Source: Clostridia bacterium
GTDB lineage: Bacteria; Bacillota; Clostridia; TANB77; CAG-465
Length of the DNA stretch: 64,000 bases
Assembly (NCBI GenBank): GCA_045604405.1
Contig: JAZUNZ010000031.1
Location: forward strand, 27,295 to 91,294
Direction of reading: 5' to 3'
The position numbers and the translations under genes are program-made. The notes under the pieces are model-generated. The model saw only the letters and a program-made list of their open reading frames with translations. It ran no database searches and was not told the origin of the DNA. This document shows, piece after piece, positions 1-8,921 of the stretch; the stretch's first letter is position 1, and each line of letters starts with the position of its first letter.

Positions 1-105
1 ACTTCATAGTTAGCGCCTCTGTTTTTTGTTTTTGATTATAAAATCTAGTTTGCATACGTTATATAATGAAACAATGAAAAGTATTGAATATCCTAAAACC
101 ATAAA

Positions 106-531
106 TCAACTTTGATGAAATATATAGTAAGTTCCAAAAAGAATTCCAGATATCATGCCAGAAAATCTTACATATTTCATGTTAGATTGCCATAGACAAT
201 ATGTTCGTATTATAGCTCCAAACGTAGGAAGAATGAACACGAAGCTCTCCCATGTTAACAGACAATTTATAATTACTATTCCTTCGAAGATAAATAGTAA
301 TGCAATATACAAACTTTTGCAAAATTTTTCTTTGTTTGTAAATAAACAGGAACGAATAAAATTTACCAATCCTAGCATGGAACCGGTGTAAGCTTTTATT
401 GTTAATGCATACAAGGCTTCGAACAGGCAATTTGCAGATTGAATTTGTAATGATTTCCTTCTGTCTGTGACACATATACTTATAAATAAAGTAATAAAAG
501 CTAAAATACTAAATATCATATAACTCCCCAA
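106..531 (-). CDS. small multi-pass inner-membrane protein (YgjV-like)
   Basis: 141-aa ORF made almost entirely of hydrophobic helices. Family assignment is by eye only. Confidence 0.5.
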   Translation of the reverse strand: MGSYMIFSILAFITLFISICVTDRRKSLQIQSANCLFEALYALTIKAYTGSMLGLVNFIRSCLFTNKEKFCKSLYIALLFIFEGIVIINCLLTWESFVFILPTFGAIIRTYCLWQSNMKYVRFSGMISGILFGTYYIFHQS

Positions 532-584
532 AAATGCGAATAATTAGTATATATTATGCATATATACGAGTAGAGGTGTTAAAT

Positions 585-1166
585 ATGGGGAATAATATGA
601 ATGGTGATAGAAACAGTGTTAATAATTTCGCTAATACTAATAATAGTTTTAGTAACAGTAGCTCAGGATTTAATTTAAGTAATCTTTTTGATTTAAGTAG
701 ATTAGGAAATTTATTCAATTTTGGTGGACAAAAAAGAGGAAATATGTCTAATAATCCATTATCTCAGTTAGGAAGAATGTTTGGAATTAACAATTCGCAA
801 AGACAATATAGAAGTCCGGTAAGGGTACTTCCTATAGAGGAGGCGTATAGATTAGTAAAAAGCGGAGCATGTTTTTTGCTAGATGTAAGAACAGAAATGG
901 AATATAGTACAGTTAGAATAAAAGGTAGTGTAAATATTCCATTAGACAAGTTACAATCTGACATTGTACAAATAGTAACCAATAAATCGGAATGCATAAT
1001 AGTATATTGTGCTACAGGCGCAAGAGTAAGGAGAGCTGTCCAAATACTTTGGTCGCTTGGCTATACAAATATATGCATCTGGGAGGGTGCTGGAATAAAC
1101 ACATTTGCATTTGCAGATCTTATAGTGTATAATGACAAAAGAATGGAAAAAGAAAGTTCCACTTAA
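585..1166 (+). CDS. rhodanese-domain sulfurtransferase with Asn/Ser-rich N-terminal tail
   Basis: C-terminal rhodanese fold with active-site loop YCATGARV. An AGAGGTG RBS favours ATG 585 over the ORF-track start at 534. Confidence 0.75.
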   Translation: MGNNMNGDRNSVNNFANTNNSFSNSSSGFNLSNLFDLSRLGNLFNFGGQKRGNMSNNPLSQLGRMFGINNSQRQYRSPVRVLPIEEAYRLVKSGACFLLDVRTEMEYSTVRIKGSVNIPLDKLQSDIVQIVTNKSECIIVYCATGARVRRAVQILWSLGYTNICIWEGAGINTFAFADLIVYNDKRMEKESST

Positions 1167-1180
1167 GAAGGAGGCCGTTA

Positions 1181-1495
1181 ATGGTAGAGTTAAATGATAA
1201 AAATTTTAAAGATACTATAGAAAATAAAAAGTTAGTGTTAGTAGATTTCTATGCTACGTGGTGTGGTCCTTGTGGCATGCAAGCAGAAGCAATAGAAAGA
1301 TTACAAAATTCTAGGAGCTTGAATTTTGATATTGTTAAAGTAAATGTAGATGAAGCGCCTAGCCTTGCTATGGAATATGGTATAGATTCAATACCAACAT
1401 TGCTAGTATTTAAGGATAATAAACTTGTAAAAAGAACGATAGGTTATACGAATGAAGAAGAGATATTAAAAATGATAGAGGAATTTGACGATTAA
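1181..1495 (+). CDS. trxA: thioredoxin
   Basis: 104 aa with WCGPC active site and a GGAGG RBS. Confidence 0.95.
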   Translation: MVELNDKNFKDTIENKKLVLVDFYATWCGPCGMQAEAIERLQNSRSLNFDIVKVNVDEAPSLAMEYGIDSIPTLLVFKDNKLVKRTIGYTNEEEILKMIEEFDD

Positions 1496-1519
1496 AAACA
1501 AATTTAGGCATGATTTCTG

Positions 1520-1573
1520 TAACATTTATGTAACACAAAGAAGTTTGCTTTGTAACATAAATGTTATCTTTTT
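1520..1573 (+). terminator. rho-independent terminator after trxA
   Basis: Long imperfect hairpin TAACATTTATGTAAC...GTAACATAAATGTTA followed by a T-run. Confidence 0.7.
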
Positions 1574-1656
1574 GTAGTTGATTTTGTTCCGCATTATAAC
1601 TATAATGTTAGTATAAAGTAAATATATTATATTATTTCTACAAATGAGGTGTTTAT

Positions 1657-2742
1657 ATGAAAGGTTTTTTTGAAAGACAATGGGAATTATTCCTAAATGA
1701 CATGCAAGAAATAGGAGAGTTTTTCCTAAATGCATTTGGAGCTAATGAGACTTTAATGTTAAGTGCTCCTAAAGCAGAAGGTGAAAAAGAAGGATTCTTT
1801 AAAAGAGAATGGAATTTATTCTTGCAAGATATGCAAGACTGGGGAGAAATGATAATGGCTGCTTTTGAAGGAGAAGACCAATTATTATTAGGTGCTCCTA
1901 AGGATGCAACAGTTGAAGCTCAACCAGGATTCTTTAAAAGAGAATGGGAACTATTCAAAACAGATTTAGACAATGCTAACAGTGCATTAGAAAATTTATT
2001 TGGAATAGAAAAAAAAAATAGTGTAGAGCCAGAATATATAGCTGAACCAGTATATTTAAAAGATGAAGTGGATTTGAAATTAGAATCATTTTTAGGTGAA
2101 CCAATAGCTGAGTTAAAAGAAAACGCTTGCGGCGACAAAACTCAACATGAAGTTCTTCGCGAATATGCAACATTCTTTAAACCATATTCTGAAAATCCAG
2201 AAATGTGTCAAGCTGCGTTTAAAAAATACTATGACAGACATGCTTTAAAAATGGCAGTTAATGAGTTCCCTGTAGACCAAGCAAGAATAATCCAAAACAA
2301 TGTGGATATATTCATAAAAGATCAAGAAATGTTTGGTGAAGGTGGACAATTCATAGATTCAAGAGTTGACACAGTATTTGAAAAAGCTGGAATAGATGAA
2401 GTAAATAAAATGGTAGGAATACTAAGCGATTCTCTAACAGATGGAAAAAATCTACAAGGCGAAAGATTATTTGCTGAAGCAGTAAGCTATATGGTCGATA
2501 ATGGAATCAAAGTTGGAAAAGACAAATCATTAGTGGCTCCAGTAAAAAAATCATTAGAAGCTAAGCTTGATGAAGTTCATAATAACCTAAGAGCTCATGA
2601 TGATTGGAACGATGATTACCAAGCACTACTTTCTCAAGAAAGAAAATATTTATATGCTTTAAATAGAATAGAGCAATATGAAACAGAACAAAGAATATCT
2701 GAATTCGAATCAAAATTAAATGAATTAGATGTAGTAGTTTAA
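1657..2742 (+). CDS. hypothetical protein with three N-terminal GFFKREWELF repeats
   Basis: 361-aa ORF with GAGGTG RBS. The roughly 40-aa unit GFF(E/K)R(Q/E)W(E/N)LF..D(M/L).. occurs three times. No family recognised. Confidence 0.7.
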   Translation: MKGFFERQWELFLNDMQEIGEFFLNAFGANETLMLSAPKAEGEKEGFFKREWNLFLQDMQDWGEMIMAAFEGEDQLLLGAPKDATVEAQPGFFKREWELFKTDLDNANSALENLFGIEKKNSVEPEYIAEPVYLKDEVDLKLESFLGEPIAELKENACGDKTQHEVLREYATFFKPYSENPEMCQAAFKKYYDRHALKMAVNEFPVDQARIIQNNVDIFIKDQEMFGEGGQFIDSRVDTVFEKAGIDEVNKMVGILSDSLTDGKNLQGERLFAEAVSYMVDNGIKVGKDKSLVAPVKKSLEAKLDEVHNNLRAHDDWNDDYQALLSQERKYLYALNRIEQYETEQRISEFESKLNELDVVV

Positions 2743-2746
2743 TAAA

Positions 2747-2775
2747 AGGCGGCCTTATGGCTGCTTTTTTTTCTT
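2747..2775 (+). terminator. rho-independent terminator
   Basis: GGCGGCC-ttat-GGCTGC hairpin followed by T8. Confidence 0.7.
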
Positions 2776-2787
2776 GCGTCAACTATG

Positions 2788-2816
2788 TTGACATAATTTC
2801 AAGCTGGTGATATAAT
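2788..2816 (+). promoter_or_regulatory. consensus sigma-A promoter of the WG-repeat gene
   Basis: TTGACA, a 17-nt spacer, then TATAAT, counted by hand. Confidence 0.65.
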
Positions 2817-2897
2817 TATAAACACAATTAATTTTTATAGCGACAGACTATGTCACTTATTTTAAATCAACAAAATAATTTAAAGGAGAAAGTAGCA

Positions 2898-3515
2898 ATG
2901 GAATTGGTAAAACAGGAATTGACAAAAAGTGGAAGGAAGGAGACATACCTCATACCTGGAACGACGAATAAGCTGATACTTGAAGGAAACATGTATTATC
3001 TTATCAATGAAAAGGGAAAAGCTATTACCAAACGCTTCGACAAAGTCTCTGACTTTGAAAATGGCATAGCAGTCTTTTCTAGAAAAGATAAGAAAGGTGC
3101 AATTAATACCAGTGGCAAAAATGTTCTCGGACGGCTTTACGATAACGTAGCTTTGGATAACGATATAATCCGCGTTTGTGAGGATGGCGAATGGGGATTT
3201 GCAAATCTGAAAGGAGAAATTATCTACGCACCGGTATTTTCTTTTCTTGAACGCTTTACAGGAGAATATGCTCGTTTTTCTTACGATGACAATCTTTGGG
3301 GTATAGTTCGAAAAAATGGTACAATTGTAATTGATGCAAAATACCAGTATTTAAGTGGCTTGGATAAGCCTGTAATTATCGCAAAAAACTGTTGTGGCTA
3401 CGGAGCAATAGACATAACGGATAAAGTTATTGAGCCATTCAAATATGATAGAATTCATTTTGATGGAAAAACTAATGTTATATATAATCCGGGTGGCGAC
3501 AGCTTTACAATTTAA
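2898..3515 (+). CDS. WG-repeat (KWG-type) protein
   Basis: Repeated motifs GEWGFANLKGEIIYAPVF, NLWGIVRKNGTIVIDAKY and GYGAIDITDKVIEPFKY. An AAGGAG RBS favours ATG 2898. The gene is visibly more GC-rich than its flanks. Confidence 0.7.
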   Translation: MELVKQELTKSGRKETYLIPGTTNKLILEGNMYYLINEKGKAITKRFDKVSDFENGIAVFSRKDKKGAINTSGKNVLGRLYDNVALDNDIIRVCEDGEWGFANLKGEIIYAPVFSFLERFTGEYARFSYDDNLWGIVRKNGTIVIDAKYQYLSGLDKPVIIAKNCCGYGAIDITDKVIEPFKYDRIHFDGKTNVIYNPGGDSFTI

Positions 3516-3522
3516 CAAAATC

Positions 3523-3557
3523 AAGAGGGGGTAGATTATTCTACTCCTCTTATTTTT
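3523..3557 (+). terminator. rho-independent terminator
   Basis: AAGAGGGGGTAG...CTACTCCTCTT hairpin followed by a T-run. Confidence 0.7.
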
Positions 3558-3676
3558 AAACTGTTATATTACCCAATAATTAGGTAAATAAAGTGACATT
3601 AAATTCCAAAAAAGCTTTACTTTTCACGCGTTTTGGTATAATATATCTATGTAAAGTTAACAAAGGGTGAAGAAAA

Positions 3677-5068
3677 ATGAAAAGTACATTAAAAATACAA
3701 AAAGATGGTGTAAATGCACTAAAGGAAGAAATACTATCACACAGTAATAATAAGTTAAAGAAGATATATATTGTTGTAAGTGATGTAAAAGAAACAGGTT
3801 ACGATATAATAGAAGAATGCCTAATAGATTTAAAGGCTAGAAAATTTATAGCTTTAGGAATAGATAAGAAAAACACAACAAGAAAAATGCTTGAAAATGT
3901 TTTAAAATATACAAAAACTGTGTATATTTGGAACAATAACGCAGAAAATGAGTTTAATGCAAATATATTTATATTTGAATATGAAGATGAGGCCTATATA
4001 TGCTTAGTACAAGGTAGTCTTACAGATAACATGTTAGATACAGATTTATCTATTTATACCAAACTTGAATATGATTTAATAAAAGACAAAAAGGAATATG
4101 AAGAGTATATAGATGGTTTAACAAAACAAATAAAAGAAAGTTTTGTTAAACTTACGAAAGAATATATAGATGAACTTGCAGAACAAAAATTAATATTTAC
4201 TACAAAACAATATATTCATGTTGTACCTAGTATTGCAGAGCTACTTGGAAAAACTGACGAAAAAGTTAGCGAGGAAAAGGCAGAACAAGCAGAAAAGCTG
4301 CCTAAAATACAGTTGGATAATATGGATTTAGATTCTTTTGAAATAGATTTAGGTGAAATGGTATTTGATGAGCCTGAAGTTGAAACACAAGAAAAAGTAT
4401 TGCCTATAGGTGATGTTGAAACAGAAGCTTTTGGGTTAGATGAGGAGATTTCATCAGATGAAGAACAAGAAGAATATATAATAGCTGATGAAGCCATAGA
4501 TATGGAGGCTTTGGTGTTAGAAAGTAAAGTTGTAAAACTTAATAAAAATGACATAGTAAAAAACACCAAAAAAGATAAAGTAGAAGTAACAGAAAAACAA
4601 GTATCCAAGAAGATAAACCTAGGCAAAGTTTCCAATATAATCATGGAGCTTTCAGCAAAACCAACTAAAGGCAAAGATGTAAATAAAATAAAAATTCCTA
4701 ATTATATAAAGGATATGATACCTAACTTTTTTGAAATAATGGATGGGGCATCTGTTGTAAAAGATTCTACAGGTGAGTATAAAGAAGCGAAGATAAATCT
4801 TGAAGTAATAGATGTAAATACATCAAATAAATATGTAGATAACGAGGCATATTTAAGGCAAAAAGTAGGTCAAACATATATTGAGTTTGAATCAGAAAAA
4901 CTTACAGATATAATGTATGAAGAATTAGATATCGCAAGAGTAATAAAGCTTGCAAGTGATTCATATCACATTGAGATAATACCACAGGGAATAGAGGAAT
5001 ATTCTTTATGGGACAAAATGTGTACAAATAGTTTTAGGGGAAGTAATAGACAATACGGGTTAATGTAA
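3677..5068 (+). CDS. hypothetical protein with a degenerate PLD-like N-domain, acidic linker and beta-rich C-domain
   Basis: 463-aa ORF with AGGGTGA RBS. Its stop lies 9 nt before the smc start. See the finding for motif details. Confidence 0.7.
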   Translation: MKSTLKIQKDGVNALKEEILSHSNNKLKKIYIVVSDVKETGYDIIEECLIDLKARKFIALGIDKKNTTRKMLENVLKYTKTVYIWNNNAENEFNANIFIFEYEDEAYICLVQGSLTDNMLDTDLSIYTKLEYDLIKDKKEYEEYIDGLTKQIKESFVKLTKEYIDELAEQKLIFTTKQYIHVVPSIAELLGKTDEKVSEEKAEQAEKLPKIQLDNMDLDSFEIDLGEMVFDEPEVETQEKVLPIGDVETEAFGLDEEISSDEEQEEYIIADEAIDMEALVLESKVVKLNKNDIVKNTKKDKVEVTEKQVSKKINLGKVSNIIMELSAKPTKGKDVNKIKIPNYIKDMIPNFFEIMDGASVVKDSTGEYKEAKINLEVIDVNTSNKYVDNEAYLRQKVGQTYIEFESEKLTDIMYEELDIARVIKLASDSYHIEIIPQGIEEYSLWDKMCTNSFRGSNRQYGLM

Positions 5069-5077
5069 GGAGAATAA

Positions 5078-8000
5078 ATGCAGTTAAAAAGGATTGAAAT
5101 ACAGGGGTTTAAATCGTTTGCAGATAAAACTATAATAGAGTTCGAGGGTGGAATTACTACTATAGTTGGACCAAATGGTAGTGGAAAGAGTAATATTTCT
5201 GACGCAGTAAGATGGGTCCTAGGTGAACAAAGTGCAAAGAGCTTGAGAGGCTCTAAAATGGAAGATGTAATATTTGCAGGGACTAAGCATAGAAAAATGC
5301 TTGGTCTTGCTGAGGTTTCGCTTGTTTTAGATAATAGTGACCATAGTTTAAACGTGGAGTTTGACGAAGTGGTTGTTACAAGAAGAGTATATAGAAGTGG
5401 AGAAAGTGAATATTTAATAAATAAATCTCAAGTTAGACTTAAAGATGTGCAAGAAATGTTTATGGACACAGGTGTAGGGCGCGATGGTTATAGCATAATT
5501 GGACAAGGTAAGATAGATACAATAATTTCTTCAAAATCTGAAGATAGAAGAAGTATTTTTGAGGAAGCTTCTGGCATAGTAAAATACAGAACCAGAAAAG
5601 AAGAAGCTGTAAGAAAATTAGAACATACTAACGAGAACTTAGCAAGAGTTACAGATATATTAACTGAGATAAACAATAATTTAGAGCCATTAAGTAAAAA
5701 GGCAGAAACAGCAAAAAAATATTTAGATTTAAAAGGTAAATTAAAAGACATAGATGTTAAGATTTTCTTAAATGTAATAGATAGTTGTTCTAAAGATTTG
5801 GAAGACTTGAATTTAAAGATAGAGGCATTAAATAATAGTATAGTTTCAAAGGAAGATGAACTTACAGAGTCACAAAGAGCCAGTGATGATACAAGAGTAT
5901 GTTTAGAAGAGCTTCTTCAAGCTATAGAATCTACTCAAGAGATGTATTATTCTTCTTTAAATGAAGTGGATAGATTGTCATCCAAAATAGAGGCTTTTGA
6001 TGATAGAGTAGCTTTAAATAAAGAAAATATTTCTAAGTTAAAGGAAGAAATAGCTGGAAGTGATACGTCTATTGCAATATTAGAAGAAGAAATTATAACA
6101 AGAACAGGAAAAAAAGATAACTTAGAGAAGAATAAATTAAGATTTGAAAAAGAGTTAGAGGAAAAAACAGAAGAACTTAAAGAATTAACTAATAATATGT
6201 CTGAAAGAGAACTTGAAATTGAAGAACTTAAAAGAAAAGTTGAGTCTTTAAAAGAAAATATAAGTGAATTAAAGCTTAAAATAGCAACTGCTAGTATGAA
6301 GCTTGAAGCAAATAATAAAAGACTAGCAACAATAGAAAGCGAAGTTGGTTCAGATATATCTAGTTCAGACGGCATAAAAATACGAGTAGCTGAAGTAGAA
6401 GATGAATTTGCATTAGTTACAAAAAGAAGAAATGTTTTAAAGGATAAGGCAGAGTCATTAACTCAAAGCAAAATAAAACTTGAAGAATTTTTTGCAACTT
6501 TTACAGATAAAGAAAATGAATATAAACAAAAAATATTAGAGACAAGGTCTAAGTTAAATTATATGTTAAACTTAGAAAGCGAGTCAGAGGGCTATACAAG
6601 AAGTGTTAAAAGCATAATTGACTTATCCAGAAGAAATGCAAAATATACAGACCATGTATTTGGAACTCTTGCATCTTTAATATCTACTGAAGAAAAATAC
6701 GAAAAAGCTATTGAAATAGCTATGGGTGGATATATACAAAATATAGTTGTAGACAAGGACTTGGTTGCAAAAGATTTAGTTAATTTTTTAAAAGACGGAA
6801 TGCTTGGCCGTGCAACATTTTTACCAATTGAGAGTATTAGGCTATATAAAGAAGATATTCCAGCTAATCTTAAGAAGGAAACGGGCTACATTGGAACTGC
6901 AATGGAACTTGTGTCTTTCGATAAAAAGTTTGAGGCGGTAGCTCGTTTAGCGCTAGGTAGAACAGTAGTAGTAGATACTATTGAAAATGGAATTAAAATT
7001 TCTAAAGTATCTAAAAACAGTGCTAAGATTGTAACTCTTGCTGGTGAAGTTATAGCAACAACAGGAAGCATAACTGGTGGACAAGTTGCGTCAAAACAAA
7101 TGACACTTGTAGGTCGTGGCAGAAGAATAAATGAGTACAAAGAGCGTCTAGCAACACTTGAAGCAGATTACGCTAAACATTTAGAGAGCATCAAGAAGGA
7201 GCAAGGAAGTTACAGCCAAATTGTAGATGAGTTGGCTAAGGTAACTACCGAATATACAGAGTGTAATACAAATTATAGCGTTATAGAAGAAAGATTAAAT
7301 CAAGTATTAAAAGAAGCAGATAAAATAAAAGATTTAAGAAAGAATAAAGAAGCTGAAAAACTAGAATTGTTATCTTCAAACAAGGATTTAGAGTGGGATA
7401 TAAATGAAACAAATAAGCAAATAGAAACTTTAAATGTTGAAATCTCTAAATACATAGAAGAAATAGCAGAATATGCAAGATTTAATAAGGAAAAAGAAGC
7501 AAGAGTTAACTTCTTAAATGAGGATATCATGAATCTTAAAGTATCTTTATCTTCGTTTGATGAATCGGCACTAGCCATTGATGAAATGGTAGAAAAAATA
7601 AGACAAGATATAGCTAGCTTCTTAAACAGTACTGAAAGAAAGAAAGAGTTAATTTTAGAATATGAAAATGAGCTTGCTACAAGTGGGGCTAAAAACGAAG
7701 AAGATAAGAAGCAGGTAGAAATTCTTAAAGAAAAAGCAGACAATCTGAAACTAGAAATAGACAAGTTAAAGCAAGATAAAGCAAACAATATAGCAAAACA
7801 AAGTGAGCTTGAAAAAACCACATATGAAGCTATGAAGTCATTAGAAAAGTTAAGGGCAGAAAAAGCTAAACTAGACAATAAGAAAGAAAAGTACGACAGC
7901 GATACAGAACTTCTAAAAATTAGAATGTGGGAAGAATATGAAATCACAGTATCGTTAGCTCGTGAATTAGATAAAGCTTTAGATGAGCTTAAAGATATAT

Positions 8001-8647
8001 CTAAGACGAAATTAGAGCAAATGGCAAACAAATTAAAATCTGAGATAAAAGCATTAGGAGAAGTAACAGTAAGTGCTATTGAAGAATATAAAGAATTAAG
8101 TGAGAGAGGACAATTTATATCTAAACAAAAGGAAGATTTAGAAGAAACCAAATCTAAACTTGAAAACTTAATAGATAATACTACAGCTGTTATGAAGACA
8201 CAGTTTGCTAAACAGTTTAAAGAGATAAACGAAAACTTTAAAGAAACATTTAAAGAATTATTTGGTGGAGGAAGAGCAGAATTAAGGCTTACAGATGATA
8301 AAAACGTATTAGAAAGTGGAATAGAAATAGACGTTGAACCACCTGGAAAGAAGCTTCAAAATATGTCTTTATTATCTGGAGGAGAAAAAGCTTTAACTGC
8401 CATTGCAATACTATTTGCAATTTTAAAAATTAAAGCACCACCATTCTGTGTACTAGATGAAATAGAAGCGGCTCTAGACGATATAAACGTTGCAAGATTT
8501 GCATCATATCTTGAAAAATATTCAGACGAAACACAATTTATTGTGATTACACATAGAAAAGGTACAATGGAAGTTGCAACATCAGTATATGGTGTTACAA
8601 TGCAAGAATATGGGGTATCTAAGCTTGTGTCGATGAAAATGAAATAA
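5078..8647 (+). CDS. smc: chromosome segregation ATPase SMC
   Basis: 1189 aa with Walker A GPNGSGKS, long coiled coils, a hinge, the signature LSGGEK and Walker B CVLDE. Confidence 0.97.
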   Translation: MQLKRIEIQGFKSFADKTIIEFEGGITTIVGPNGSGKSNISDAVRWVLGEQSAKSLRGSKMEDVIFAGTKHRKMLGLAEVSLVLDNSDHSLNVEFDEVVVTRRVYRSGESEYLINKSQVRLKDVQEMFMDTGVGRDGYSIIGQGKIDTIISSKSEDRRSIFEEASGIVKYRTRKEEAVRKLEHTNENLARVTDILTEINNNLEPLSKKAETAKKYLDLKGKLKDIDVKIFLNVIDSCSKDLEDLNLKIEALNNSIVSKEDELTESQRASDDTRVCLEELLQAIESTQEMYYSSLNEVDRLSSKIEAFDDRVALNKENISKLKEEIAGSDTSIAILEEEIITRTGKKDNLEKNKLRFEKELEEKTEELKELTNNMSERELEIEELKRKVESLKENISELKLKIATASMKLEANNKRLATIESEVGSDISSSDGIKIRVAEVEDEFALVTKRRNVLKDKAESLTQSKIKLEEFFATFTDKENEYKQKILETRSKLNYMLNLESESEGYTRSVKSIIDLSRRNAKYTDHVFGTLASLISTEEKYEKAIEIAMGGYIQNIVVDKDLVAKDLVNFLKDGMLGRATFLPIESIRLYKEDIPANLKKETGYIGTAMELVSFDKKFEAVARLALGRTVVVDTIENGIKISKVSKNSAKIVTLAGEVIATTGSITGGQVASKQMTLVGRGRRINEYKERLATLEADYAKHLESIKKEQGSYSQIVDELAKVTTEYTECNTNYSVIEERLNQVLKEADKIKDLRKNKEAEKLELLSSNKDLEWDINETNKQIETLNVEISKYIEEIAEYARFNKEKEARVNFLNEDIMNLKVSLSSFDESALAIDEMVEKIRQDIASFLNSTERKKELILEYENELATSGAKNEEDKKQVEILKEKADNLKLEIDKLKQDKANNIAKQSELEKTTYEAMKSLEKLRAEKAKLDNKKEKYDSDTELLKIRMWEEYEITVSLARELDKALDELKDISKTKLEQMANKLKSEIKALGEVTVSAIEEYKELSERGQFISKQKEDLEETKSKLENLIDNTTAVMKTQFAKQFKEINENFKETFKELFGGGRAELRLTDDKNVLESGIEIDVEPPGKKLQNMSLLSGGEKALTAIAILFAILKIKAPPFCVLDEIEAALDDINVARFASYLEKYSDETQFIVITHRKGTMEVATSVYGVTMQEYGVSKLVSMKMK

Positions 8648-8921
8648 AATTAAGTAATAAACTAAGGTGTTCATATTGAATACTTTGGTTTATTTTATTT
8701 AGAGTTTGTTATTACTAAAACAACCAAAACAGTCCGGGGGTAACCGGACTGTAAAAAGGGTAAATAATATATAATAAATATATTAAAAAGGTTTATGAAA
8801 AAGGTAATTGTATTATTGTTAATACTCCTAAATTATAGTATAATGTATAAGAATCTGATGTCGAAATATAGATTGAAATAATAAAAAGAAAATAAAGTTT
8901 TGTCGAAGTAGGAGAAGGTAA

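Noticed and set aside
4216-8151. Ser/Leu/Phe-rich antisense ORFs (4216..4674, 5947..6375, 7300..8151). Similar cases lie opposite murE, mraY, PBP, clpC and infB.
   Set aside because: These are shadow ORFs opposite Glu/Lys-rich or AT-rich coding sequence. They have no RBS and are fully embedded in well-supported genes.
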